Shown here: positions 40,091 through 51,519 of the stretch, piece by piece
How the letters are laid out: each line of letters opens with the position of its first letter
Numbering within the stretch: the stretch's first letter is position 1
DNA from: Toensbergia leucococca
Taxonomy: Eukaryota
NCBI GenBank assembly: GCA_022813965.1
Contig: JALDZS010000015.1
Coordinates: 124,001-188,000, forward strand
Direction: 5' to 3'
DNA: 64,000 nt
The notes under the pieces: generated by a model
Seen by the model: only the letters and a program-made list of their open reading frames with translations
What the model was told of the DNA's origin: nothing
Databases searched by the model: none
Position numbers and translations under genes: made by a program

Positions 40091-41314
40091 ATTTGGAAGA
40101 GGTTTATTGTAAGGATATGAGTTGGAGTAGAGCTTGCTATTTTTGATGATTGAAAGAAGAGCGGGAAATCTACTCTCTAAGCGCTGGAAGTGCTCTCTTA
40201 TATGTAATTGATGACTTGCTACTACCCCAGTCGATTGGAAAGAGCTTAGGTTATCGGTAAAGGGAAGCAAGTCGTAGGGCTGTTATTGCCTAACGCGTGC
40301 GTGATTGTTTGGCAGATCAATGGGAAAGAAAGTCAGCTTGTGGTCTTTGCCTTGCAAAGCTTCCATCCAGTAGGGAGGTTAGAACACCCGGTATAATCAA
40401 TATAAGGGAAAATGACGCCTTCGTATCATTCCCTAGCCAACTGGGGTCTTCTTTTCTCGCAGAGCTCGGCGATAACCCTGGAATAAATACCGGTATATTA
40501 GCATTCGCCACACCCGTCTGGATCTCATACGTCTTATGTCTGATATATCAGATCTTCTGCAAGGGTTTCTTCGGAGGTAGTGCCAAAGGTGATGAAATGG
40601 ACGCATGAGCGGAGCACTGAGGGCTCGAAATAGCACATCCGTGAAACACATAATGCAGCAGTTATTCAGAATTCATGATGACGCGACCAGAATTTTTTCT
40701 TCACCCATAAATTTGCCAATTCCTGTAGCAGTACGCAATCTTCTGCTGTATTTCGATGGCAGAAGCCGATGTGTGACTGCCTCAAATATGCGGACTTGAG
40801 TATGTTGTTGGCCAGACAATTAAGGCAAAAGACTTAATCGGTTGTGCCTTCTGCTTAAGTCCAGTGTACTTACCACCTCGTATCGGATGCACGCTTTTGA
40901 AGCTGAAGTTCAAGCTCCGGCCATTATATGCATGTCATACAACGCGATGCGGCTATGTCCACGTGTGTATGGAGCGGATATACGACTCGCCAAACTAGTG
41001 ACTGAGGCTGAATCCATCCCCCCCATCGTGCAGGTGGGAGATCGGAGATCCGTAACAAATAGGAAACGACGTTGTACATCGGGGCGCCAGTTTCATCTAG
41101 ACTGTTTGTCAAAAACCGGTAGTCTCAATTCATTCTGGTGTTCTTGCGTTATATGGTTAATATTGTATACTCGTCCAACTTAGCAATTAATTTGTTTCCA
41201 GCTCCCAGCTTCTGCAGATGATCCCCTTTTCAAGTTGTGTTTTCACGTCGATCAAATTCTTTTGAAATCCTTTGAAATTGTAGATATCATTGTTCTTTCG
41301 AACGGTAGGCTATT

Positions 41315-42236
41315 ATGAAGCTGCCAGAGAAGCTCTATATGCCCTTGTGTCAGAACGCTTCCCCAGACGACGATGATGCTCCTACTTCTATTGCTCGACC
41401 GAGGAGCTGTGCTGTCTCATTTCTCATCCTCTCGAACATTGTACTTGGGGTGATATTGGGAGTCGCCCTATTCCGCCTCAAACATGGCACACAGATTGAG
41501 CCGGCTCCCGTGGGTTTTGGTGCTTTCCTATGTTCAGATGTCTTTGATTGTCAAGCATGATGCTAACATTTCCCATAGCAAGGACATCCGATCTACCGAC
41601 AGTGTATGCATCTTTCACATGGTGGACCGAATATAGTGACAAGAATGAAATAGGAGTTGACGCTCTCTGGGACGAGATTCTCCCTTCACACGGTATCATT
41701 GCTATGGACCGCAAATGGGCCGCCGATCAGCACTGGCCAGATTCTATGCCTCTCCCCGATGATGATAGCAAATCGATATATCTTCTTGAAGCGTACCATC
41801 AACTTCATTGTTTAGTATATTGACTGTCTTTGTCTTTGATTCGCTGTCGGCTGAAACGAGCAGAAAATTATTCGACAGAATTTTTGGGAAGCGGTGAAGA
41901 GAGGACCATATACATATAATCCGGCCCACGCCGGCCATTGCTTTGATTTCTTCCGTCAGGTAGATGGACGATTTAACGTCAATCCGGAATGGCTGACTGA
42001 CTGCTTTTTAGTTCATCTATTGCAATGCGGACAATACACCGCTCTATACCTTTGGAGACTATACAGCTGGAAATGGGCAACTTCGTGAGTGCAAGGACTG
42101 GAACGTACTCCGAGATTGGGCGACGGAGAACACAGCTTGTTACAAAGACAGCGTCAATCCGATTCCTCTTGGAGATCATTTTGGCTATTGTGATGGTGGA
42201 AAAGATGGGTTGGTCAAAGGAGAGCAAGATGGATAG
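41315..42236 (+). CDS. UstYa/DUF3328-family oxidase 1 (two HxxHC motifs)
   Basis: N-terminal TM; LWDEI..HGIIAM; LEAYHQLHCL|KIIRQ; HAGHCFDFFRQ|FIYCNADNTPLY; RECKDWNVLRDWA. Three introns; TAG 42234-42236. Confidence 0.9.
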
Positions 42237-43175
42237 CGATGGCTCATCTTATGGACTGTTCCCAGTAGGTTATTAGCTACCTCGTTCGCAGTGTTGGAGC
42301 ACTGCGTTCCCACTGTCATCTACTGTATACTCAGCCGTCATCAAGTACATGAGCTCGTAGCATCATCGTCCGGCTGACACACGAAGTCTCGAGAGTGTCG
42401 CGACTACGAGTATTGGACAGAGCTGCTAAGATGGCAGACACAAGGTAAGTGGACATGCATCCAAACATTTGAATGATAGGGATATTTCATCACCATTCAT
42501 TCGATTACCTTATCTGCGAGGAAGCCCATTTAGCCCATTTTTGTTTTCGTAATCTGTATGAACCAAGCGAGCCAAGTCACCAGGCATTGATGCATAAATC
42601 AATAAATAATAAATCCCTCATGTGTTTCCTTGTAAGGCTTGGCTCGCCTAGGTGAACATCAGGTGATCAGCTAAGGTACCTAGCGCCCTCCCGGCCCGGA
42701 CGTCACTAAGGTAGTGGGTGGGTGAGCAGCTGCTGTTCTTATTTGAACGTCAATAGCTAATTCGGTGTCACCAACATGCATGGACGTATTTCTGATGGAA
42801 CATCATCAAGTGTCGGGTCCTCCGGTCAAGGGTTTCCATCGGAGCTGAATACGAGAAGATGTTTATCGATGCGATTCCTTGACAAAGCATCCAGTGAGGC
42901 GGTATGAGATCGTCATACAGCACACTCTATCTTACGTTCTTTCTGTACGTCTGTACCATTTGCACGTCCCCCTCTTTGCCTTCACCGCCTTCTTTACCTT
43001 CTTTGCCTTGTCCGCCTCTAGCTCAAAGTCTCAGTCTCCAAGATTGTTCTTGAAAGCATTCATCCATCTACTATGATTATCACAAAGATCTTCTACTTCC
43101 GTCATTCTTTCAGGAGTCCGAGTTCGTTGCCTGTGCCTTTTACCTTACAACTCTTTGAGTAGTCCGCGCAATATC

Positions 43176-44728
43176 ATGTCGTCAGAGTTCTTGTCACATG
43201 TATCCTTCGCATCGCCGAGGGCTTTGATATCTGTGGGAGTCGTTTTTCCGGCACTGTCTCTCATTGCTGTTACTTTTCGTTTCTATACTAGACATGTACA
43301 GAAGACGTCGTTACTTATGGATGACTGGCTGACATTACCTGCCCTAGTAAGTCATCATTCATTTTTCGCTGTCATGAGCGTCGTTAATGGGCCTCCCGTG
43401 ATTCTCAATAGATCTTGATCTTTGGTATGGGTGTAGCTGTCATTGTTGGTAGGAAGTTTCCTGTATCATAAACTTCACTTTTATTTACTCCAATTCTTAG
43501 GCGTACAAGGAAGGGCGTTGGGATATTTGACCGATTTTCCAACCAGCGATGTCGAGGCCCAGATGACATCCGTTTCTACTCAGTATGCCCTAGCTCAGAA
43601 GGTGTGCATACTACCACATGCTACCTTTTGCCGAGAATTGTCTATAGGCTAGGTTGATGACCCCACTTTAGATTTTCATTATTTCTCAGCTCCTACAGAC
43701 ACTAGCCTTGGCATTCATCAAGCTTAGCGTTGTGTTCTTCTACCGCCGAATATTCTGCACTATCCAAGGTGGTATATTCAATAACATCACTAAAGTCGTC
43801 ATTGGGCTTATCGTAGCATGGAGTTTGGCTTTCTTCTTTGCCCTACTATTTCAATGTGGCACCAGCTGGTACGCACTTTGGAGCAGTATTGAGGATAGCA
43901 TTAGTCATTGTGAAAATGGTTTCATGCTTGTAAACGGGTTTGCCATCTCGGACTCGATTTCTGATCTTATGATACTGTTACTACCAATTCCTAGGGTATG
44001 AAATCTTCTCATTCTGCCCAATCATTTTGCTCACGATCAAACAGATATGGATGCTGCGTATTACACATGGTCAAAAATGTGCAGTGATTGGTGTCTTTCT
44101 TTTAGGTGGGATGTACGTGATGCTTTCTTGAATCCTTTCAGCTTGTCCGCGCTGACTGTTTGCAGAGCATTCATAGCTTCTATCATGAGAATGGTCATTT
44201 TCATTATTGCTGACCGAGGTTAGTTATTTCTTTTACAATATAATACTGCTTCAATTTCGACTAAATTATTTCGCAGCCGGCTTTAGTAATATCGTTGACC
44301 CAGATGGTAATCTCTGTATTTCACCTCATCTTTTCCGTTTCACTAAAACCTCACTAGTTGAATTAGCAGAGCTTCTTTATTGGAGTCTGATTGAGTCAGG
44401 ACTAAGTCTGATTGCCGCCTGTCTGCCAACTCTGCACTTTCTTTTCCGTGGAATTTCGTCTGATGTTATTTTCGGCAATATTCGAAGCATGCTTTCTTTG
44501 GGATCACTGCGCTCGCGACGTTCGGGGTGGTCACAGCATCGCAAGCACACAAGACTCGATGATCAGACGAACGCCTCCGCATCATCTGGTATCCAGTCCA
44601 GTGAAGTGAACAGTGCAGGCATCGAAGCTTTTGTGATGAGAGACTTGGAGGGGCAAAGAGATCTAGAGATGCGTCAGGGACGGATCGTTGTTCAGACTGA
44701 AATCTCGCATTGCGGGAATTCTTTCTGA
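43176..44728 (+). CDS. Pth11-like / fungal rhodopsin-domain integral membrane protein
   Basis: VTFRFYTR..MDDWLTLPAL, IKLSVVFFYRRIF, SDLMILLLPIP, WSLIESGLSLIAACLPTL; multiple introns. Confidence 0.88.
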
Positions 44729-47138
44729 CTGTTAATTGGAGATGCAAGCAACGCAAGCAAATGAAAAGCCATTTCTTCAAAGCAAAAACAGAGTCAATAT
44801 TCTAGAAGAGCAGCTTCAGTGGTGCCTTGAACATAGACTGCAGGCACTTATTAGGTGATGCATTGTCTCTGAAATCCACTTATATCAAATATCAGTTATT
44901 CCTCATCCACCCACATCTCCGAGCATCAGTGCGCGAATTTCGAATTACTGTGTAGTGTTGAAAGGCTACGAATGATACTTCAAGGAGAAACAATGCATAG
45001 TTGATTCCTTTTCAAATATAACCAGAAAACAGCTCTTCATGATGTGCCCAAATGGTTGTGTGGGAGCTAGGAAGAGACATTCTATTCCCTCGATTCATGT
45101 GCGACATCTAGGATAGTAAAACCAGAAAATCACATTTGGTTATTTGGTGCTAAAGCTTGGTCTTACTCGTACATCATATAAACAATACGAGTAGTTTGAA
45201 GATGCCACATGGCGGAATCCTGAGATATGAGCGAATCACCCAGGATATTAGGACTTGTACGAAATTCCATGAAAATCTGACCAGACAGACGCATACCAGC
45301 TTGAGCACATATGACACCATCGCCGCCACCTTGCCGCAACGCTCATGCCAAACTCAATCCTACCAGCAGCAACAACTCTCAAATCTCACATATCAGCTTA
45401 GAAAACAAAATCCAAAAGTTCGCACAGAGAGACAGAAATAACAAAAGCCAAGCTCAAACTTGATATCTCTCAGCTGCAAAACACGCCACGCATCCCCCTG
45501 TCAGAAAATACAGATATCGGTACATGCATCGCACCAAAAGCTACAGAGATTCTCACACTCTTCAATCCATTATCGTCTGCCCCATTCTTTACGGAGCCTG
45601 AGCTCAAAATAGGGGAAAGATACACATACCTACCTCCCGCCCAAGAAAAGAAGAGAGGAAAAAGAAAAAAAGAGAAAAAGTTCGCATTGAAAAAAATCGA
45701 GAATGAAACCCCCTGCGCTCTCTCATTCTTTTCTCACCCCTTTGCCCCCCATCACATCACATCCGACAAGGAAAAAAAGTCACCACACAAAACTTTCTCT
45801 CCTACCCCCACCCCACCCCCACCGGATAAGTGAAATCAAAACCCGTAGTCTCTACAAAACTCCAATTCATCTCCCCATCATCCACACCTCCCTCAACAAA
45901 AAAAATATATATCATTTACAAATCCGCACAATTGGCATATTTAAAATAGCAATGTTCTTCTGAGGGGGGGGGAAGCGGATTTGACACCAACCCTCAATTT
46001 CAGCCAGATCTAGAATCCCCAAAACAGGTTCCCGCTCGCCCCCTCAACTTCTTCGAGATACTGCCAAGCAAAGAAGTCCCTTTGTTCGCTTTCAAAGAGA
46101 TGCCTATAGTTTTCATTGAGAAATAGGGGGGTTTGTCCGGATTTTCTAGCCTTGGTGGTTTTGTAGGTTGTGTATATACAGGCTCCTATCATTCCTATCA
46201 CCCCAATTCGATAATCCTGCGCCTCAACATCGACACTCCTGCACCCACCCCCCCTACATGCCCGATTAAGCAATAAAGAGACCCTGGCACAATGCCGCGT
46301 AGGGAAAGGTGATGTTCTCACACCTAATACATCCTTCACCTCATCCTCCTCGCCATGCCTTTCACTCCTGCATCAGAGGGAAAAGCTGTACCCCATCTTC
46401 TTTCACCCTCAAACTTGCATTGTTCACAGATACGCAGGACTAAAACGGGATATGCGGTAGTCCACATCTCACAAAATCAAGAAGTGTAGAGCCATGAAGC
46501 TTGATAGTTGAAACTATGGCTATGATAGGATAGAGGAGGGGAGAGAAGGAGATCGTTATTCAGAAATGTGATATTTGCGCCCCCCGGGGATGGGGTACAA
46601 ACCGTGGTGCGAAAACATTATTTTTTTCCTTACCGTAATAGAGGTGATAGATGGCATGAAATGGAAAAGGTAGATGGCATGCAAAAGTAACAGGGAATCG
46701 AGTCAAAATGTTGTGCAAAACCATGGTGATTCCTTGGGTAATATTTTGCCAGGTGGGCGGTGAGCCATACCGCCGCCTCTTTATTGCCTAATCAGGTATG
46801 TATTTGAAGGGGGGTGTAAGAGTATCGAATTTGGGGTGTAGGAGTATCGAATTGGGTTGTAGGAATAATAGGAGCCATGTTATAACATTTTTTGAGAAAG
46901 TAGAGGCTGAGGGGGTTGTGAGAAGAAAAACACGCGCTTCTTGGACTCGGAGGCGCGTGCGATGGATGACGGAGTTGGTATATGAGATTCGGGGATCATA
47001 TTTCGGAGGGTAGAGCAAATTTACAGATCGAGAACCAACATCATGCCTGCACGATGAATGATCTAACAGGGGTTGTCCAAGAACAGCGAATTACCTCAAC
47101 AAAACCCTCCCCAACCTAAACAGAGCAAAAAACCCCCC

Positions 47139-47768
47139 TTACCAAACCATGGGACACTCAGGCCACTTCATCCGAATAACCGTATCCACCACCCTCTCCT
47201 TCCCCTCCAGCCCCTCCAGAATCATCGCCTCACAATGTGCCGTATGCTCGAACCGCCCCACATACCCATCAATCAACCACCCGGCCGCGACGGCCCGATG
47301 CATCTTGCGCCACATGTACGTGCAGTGCAAGATGTGGTATTCGGCCGTGACGTAGAGGTTGTCGTGGTCGCCGCGAAGGACCTCGGAGCGGGGCGCGGGC
47401 TGGGTGCCGGCGCGGTCAAGGTACCACTGCCAGGGCCGCTTGGCGAGGAAGGCGGCTGTGAGGTGGGTGTCGGTGCAGGGGGCTGGGAGCCAGGAGAAAG
47501 AGATGGGGTCGAAGGTGCAGTTTTGGAGGCGGGCGGACTGGGTTGTGTTGCCGCAGCTTCGGGGCGGTGAGGGGATGGGGAATGGGGATGTGGATGGAGG
47601 GGTGGAACAGAGGCGTGAGGTTGGCTGGAGGAAGGTAGTGAGGAAGGTTGTGATGAAGGCGCTGAAGAGGAAGATTGTGGTTATTGTGAGGATGAGCAAT
47701 CTCCGCGGTGATTGACGGTTGATGGTGAAGCCATCAGTATCGTCTTCTTTGCTCTTTTGGGCTTCCAT
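47139..47768 (-). CDS. Double-HxxHC membrane-anchored oxidase 2 (atypical UstYa/DUF3328-like subtype)
   Basis: ATG 47768 (MEAQKSK..); TM; SCGNTTQSARLQNCTFDPISFSWLPAPC; EYHILHCTYMWRK; EHTAHCEAM; KWPEC. Single exon, 209 aa. Confidence 0.82.
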   Translation of the reverse strand: MEAQKSKEDDTDGFTINRQSPRRLLILTITTIFLFSAFITTFLTTFLQPTSRLCSTPPSTSPFPIPSPPRSCGNTTQSARLQNCTFDPISFSWLPAPCTDTHLTAAFLAKRPWQWYLDRAGTQPAPRSEVLRGDHDNLYVTAEYHILHCTYMWRKMHRAVAAGWLIDGYVGRFEHTAHCEAMILEGLEGKERVVDTVIRMKWPECPMVW

Positions 47769-48661
47769 TGTTTGCTGTTGTGGTCTTACTGGCGATAGGT
47801 AGTTTGTGATTGTACAAGGATCGTCCAGGACAGGTAAAGTGACGGATGAAAGATTTTCGTAGAAAGGATAGGGGGAGCGAGGACCACGAAAAATCAGGGA
47901 GGCTATAGTCTTGTTCGTTCTCCCGTAACACATGATGAACATGTCACTTGAAGCCAAGGCTAGAGCATTTGGGGCTGCAACCTTGATGGCTGTCTCTATC
48001 ACAATTAGTGCTGATGTGAGGTGATTGACTTTAAGCGCGTCGAAGCTGATGAACCTTGGCAAAAGCCTCGAAAACGAAACACGCTTGCTAGGTAATGCAG
48101 GTCCGTGTTTGGTCCCATCATCCAGTTAGAAGTTAGTATCATGATCTCCGGCCGTAAGGCAGATTACGGTTGAGGTGTTTTGTGAAGAATAGAATAAAAA
48201 TTAAGGCCAAGCAAAGCGCGTAGTAGTTCGACATGTGGGAGAAGGCTGCCCGACTAAGGATCTTTGTAATATTCATTTTCAGGTGATCTTATTTTTGGAA
48301 ATCTTTGCCGGATGATAGATCTTATAATGCTTCCAATTACGTCCTTTAGTCAGTATGGAATCGCCTAGGTCTTCAGTCTTTTAAAAGTCGCTCTCAAATG
48401 CTAACACGAGAGAGGAGAATGGTGTTCAGCTGAAGGCCAGGATGTAACGGGGATCGGAAATCGTGAGACAATAACTCAATCACAGAGTCACTTATTGGAG
48501 AGAACAGTACCCAACGCAGATGACGCTTATTCAGTGAAAACATGTCGGCTGAACAGAAAAAAAGTTGGGGCAGAAAATGGGTTTCTCGCTCACTCTGACT
48601 TGTAAGCGCCATAATAGTGTCATGGACGGTAGCAGTCCTTACCAATGCCCTGAAAAACCTG

Positions 48662-48669
48662 TATATAAA
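48662..48669 (+). promoter_or_regulatory. TATA box of the repeat precursor gene
   Basis: TATATAAA 84 bp upstream of ATG 48746, followed by a CA-rich leader. Confidence 0.6.
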
Positions 48670-48745
48670 GGCCCAGAACTCACCTCTATTCATCTCGATA
48701 TCAACAACTCATCTCATCATCGTTCATCAACAAGCATCGCCTATC

Positions 48746-49048
48746 ATGAAGCTACTTTCTATCTTCGGTGTAATTGCCGCCACGACCGCTCTGGTTTCTG
48801 CTGCTGCGCTCCCAGAGCCTGGCATTGTAAATGTTCGCGAATTCGGTAAGTTGATTGAATTCTTGGAGAGAAGATGTTTCTCATAGCAAGCAGAGAACAA
48901 ACAGATGATGAAGAGAGAATGGGAAGACCGCCCTCCTGCCAAGCAAATCAAGAGAGAGTGGGAAGACCGCCCTCCTGCCAAGCAAATCAAGAGAGAGTGG
49001 GAGGACCGCCCTCCTGCCAAGCAGATCAAGAGAAGCACAAATGCTTAG
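48746..49048 (+). CDS. KEX2-processed repeat protein (KEP), candidate dikaritin-type RiPP precursor, 84 aa
   Basis: Exon 48746-48845, intron 48846-48893 (GTAAGT..CAG), exon 48894-49048 give MKLLSIFGVIAATTALVSAAALPEPGIVNVREFENKQMMKR-(EWEDRPPAKQIKR)x3-STNA*. Confidence 0.9.
48911..49033 (+). repeat. 39-bp tandem coding repeat x3 plus terminal AAGAGA
   Basis: Unit AAGAGAGARTGGGARGACCGCCCTCCTGCCAAGCARATC; all differences between copies are synonymous in the KR frame. Confidence 0.95.
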
Positions 49049-49874
49049 GCTTACGATATCGATTAGTAGGTATGTGACTTGTCGTGGTTCCATCTTTTGC
49101 GAGTTCGCGATACTAACACAGCCACACAGGCCTAGAATAGGGGACGAGAAGTGTTTTTCGCACGCTGGGTGCAGTAGGTTGGACGGCTGGTCCCACAGAA
49201 AGTAGACTGACGCTGGTTGGTGCGATGTCCTAGTTGCAGATGAGGGTCACATTCGTTTTTGGAACTGTTATTTTGCTGTTGTTTGATAGGAGGGTGGCCG
49301 GTACGAAGTAGTCAATCAGTCAATCTAGTAATGCGTTTAAACTCATTCTCGCCTAAATTAGACTTTTCAGCCTCTTTCTATATTCGTACTAGTTGCCCTC
49401 CAGCCTCCTACCTTAAATCAAACATCATCAAGCCAACATACGGTATTTACAACACACGCTAGACCCTCGTAGCTGACCGCCGGATTGATGCTGACAGTAT
49501 GTTGCAACGGACTTATCCGATGCTGATGGTACGACGCGCGCGAGAGCCTTACCTGTGTTAGACTGATTAACAACTACCCACAAAGAGTATCCGCCGTCTG
49601 AACTAATCTTGACTCCACAGAAACCTTTACAGAAATCTGAAAGTAAGGCTGAAGACTGAAATGGTGCTGAGATCAGATAACGAGAATACTACTTCAGCTT
49701 TGCCTGAATTGGGCTTGTCATCTTCATGACTGACCCATCTCAATTTTATAATAATATGTGCCTGTTCCCAGACACTTGATTGAGTGCTACCCCTCCCCCC
49801 AAAGATTTATAGCATTTTGCGTCGTGTTATAGCACTCAAACTGTAGCTTCTAATCCAATTGTACCGCTCGTATT

Positions 49875-50779
49875 ATGGCCTTGCTAAAACAGGTTCGTGA
49901 TGTCTGATGTTTCTTCTTACTCTAATGGCTAAATTCCTCAGATGTCAATGTATACCTCCTCTCTGGTATTTGCTGCTTTCGGCTTTGCTCTGTGGCATCG
50001 CCTTTCAGAAAAGCTTGATTCGTCTCCCATCCCATACATTTGTAAAAATCAGTACTCGACAGAGATCTTATCACTGGACCCCCTAGTACTTTATATCAAC
50101 AATTTTGTGTCTCATGAAGAGGCCGATAGTCTCTTAAGTCTCAGGTACCCTTCAATGCATCTGCTATATAATTTCTTGACTTTCTGATCTTTTCAGCAAC
50201 GAGTATAATTATACCTACTCTGAAGACTTATATCCAGAGCATAAGCTCGATCGACGCCGGCGGACATCTAGCTATATCATCATTCCTTCCGAGTCCGAGA
50301 GTGAAGTTGCCTCTTGTGTCCGATCTCGTGCCGAAAGCCTTGCTGGATTTCTTCCTTATACTAGCTTTGAGGATTTCCAAATTGTGCGATATTTACCCAA
50401 CCAACAGCATGATTTTCACGTGGACTGGCACCGCGACCCTGATTCTCCAGAACCTGGCATGATCTGCAACCGCCTGTTGAGCTTCTTCGTTTTCCTCGGA
50501 GATGATTGTATAGGCGGCGAGACCTATTTTCCGGAAATTAATGCAGCACCGAAAAATAGTGATGGGAGAAAATACTCGCGTACAGACAAAGAAGGAGACA
50601 AAGGTCTTGCTGTCAAGCCGATTAAAGGGAGTGCTATATTCTGGATGAACTTGCACCAAAACGGCACGGGTGACGAGAGAGTTCAACACGCGGGATTACG
50701 AGTTTCGCAGGGAACCAAGTCTGGAATGAACATCCTAGGGGAATGGTGTGGGCCGGATGCATTAGAATCAGCCGAGTAA
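49875..50779 (+). CDS. Prolyl-4-hydroxylase-like 2OG-Fe(II) dioxygenase with N-terminal membrane anchor
   Basis: Exons 49875-49892, 49942-50144, 50197-50779. ILSLDPLVLYINNFVSHEEA, RTSS, QIVRY, HVDW (HxD), NRLLSFFVFL, GGETYFP, VKPIKGSAIFW, HAG, GTK. Confidence 0.9.
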
Positions 50780-51519
50780 GATTTATTTTTCTCACACACG
50801 AAATTGCGAATCATTGTCTTTGGCTTTCATCAAGCAGATCATATTCTGAATGAGCTCTAGAGCACCTTCGAAATTGTCTCTTTCGGAATTGCCGCTCTAA
50901 GACAATAGAGATTTCAACAAAAATCCCACCTGTTTTCAGTATACCGCGTAATCTAGGTGTTTAGAGTGCCCATATTGCTGACGTGAGTCGCGTAGTACGT
51001 GTACTCAAAGAAGTACAAAATGAGGCAAATAAGCGCTTGGCAGTACTTCAATTGAGCTAGGCCACTCGACACCTCCTTGTAAGTACAGAGGTAAGCAAGG
51101 CAGGGCGCACTGTCTTAGCCTACCATTAATTCTTTACGCTGAAGCTTTCATCTTGACTACGCTGAGATAATCTACGACATAAGTGACGCTTTCAATGGCC
51201 TTTATCATCCTATATCAAAATTAGCTGATTTGGGGCTGACTTCAGCGTCCCAACGTATCATGCATATATTTTGCTCGAGCTGGAACAAGCTTACACGCGC
51301 AATTTCAGGCTGGAAAACTTGGGTCTAAGAAGCGTAGGTATGTAGCCTGCCACGATAGAGAACAATGGAGCTGACCTTTAGCGAGCTGAGTCTCCCTTGT
51401 TGGGAAGTCTTTTATCATTAACCTCCTAGGGCTAATTTCTTTCCTCTTGTGTCCTACAAGATTGAAACTTGGACACACATTTTGTAATACTCGAGCCCAA
51501 GAGCAAATTGAGCAAAATC

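Noticed and set aside
44800..47100. Additional small genes in the gap inside the cluster (e.g. ORFs 45157-45441, 46010-46339)
   Set aside because: No recognisable motifs, signal peptides or consistent splice models; low-complexity purine/pyrimidine tracts.
47769..48062. 98-aa N-terminal extension of the 307-aa minus-strand ORF
   Set aside because: Begins at a non-ATG codon and looks like promoter/UTR; ATG 47768 gives the typical short tail + TM architecture.
48911..49033. CRISPR-like short repeat array
   Set aside because: Head-to-tail repeats without unique spacers, in a eukaryotic coding exon; no cas genes.
48874..49077. ORF-track peptides with repeats GRPPSCQANQERV (+) and LLICLAGGRSSHS / LDLLGRRAV (-)
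   Set aside because: Alternative frames of the 39-bp repeat. Only the KR frame links to the signal peptide through a well-placed acceptor and keeps all repeat differences synonymous.
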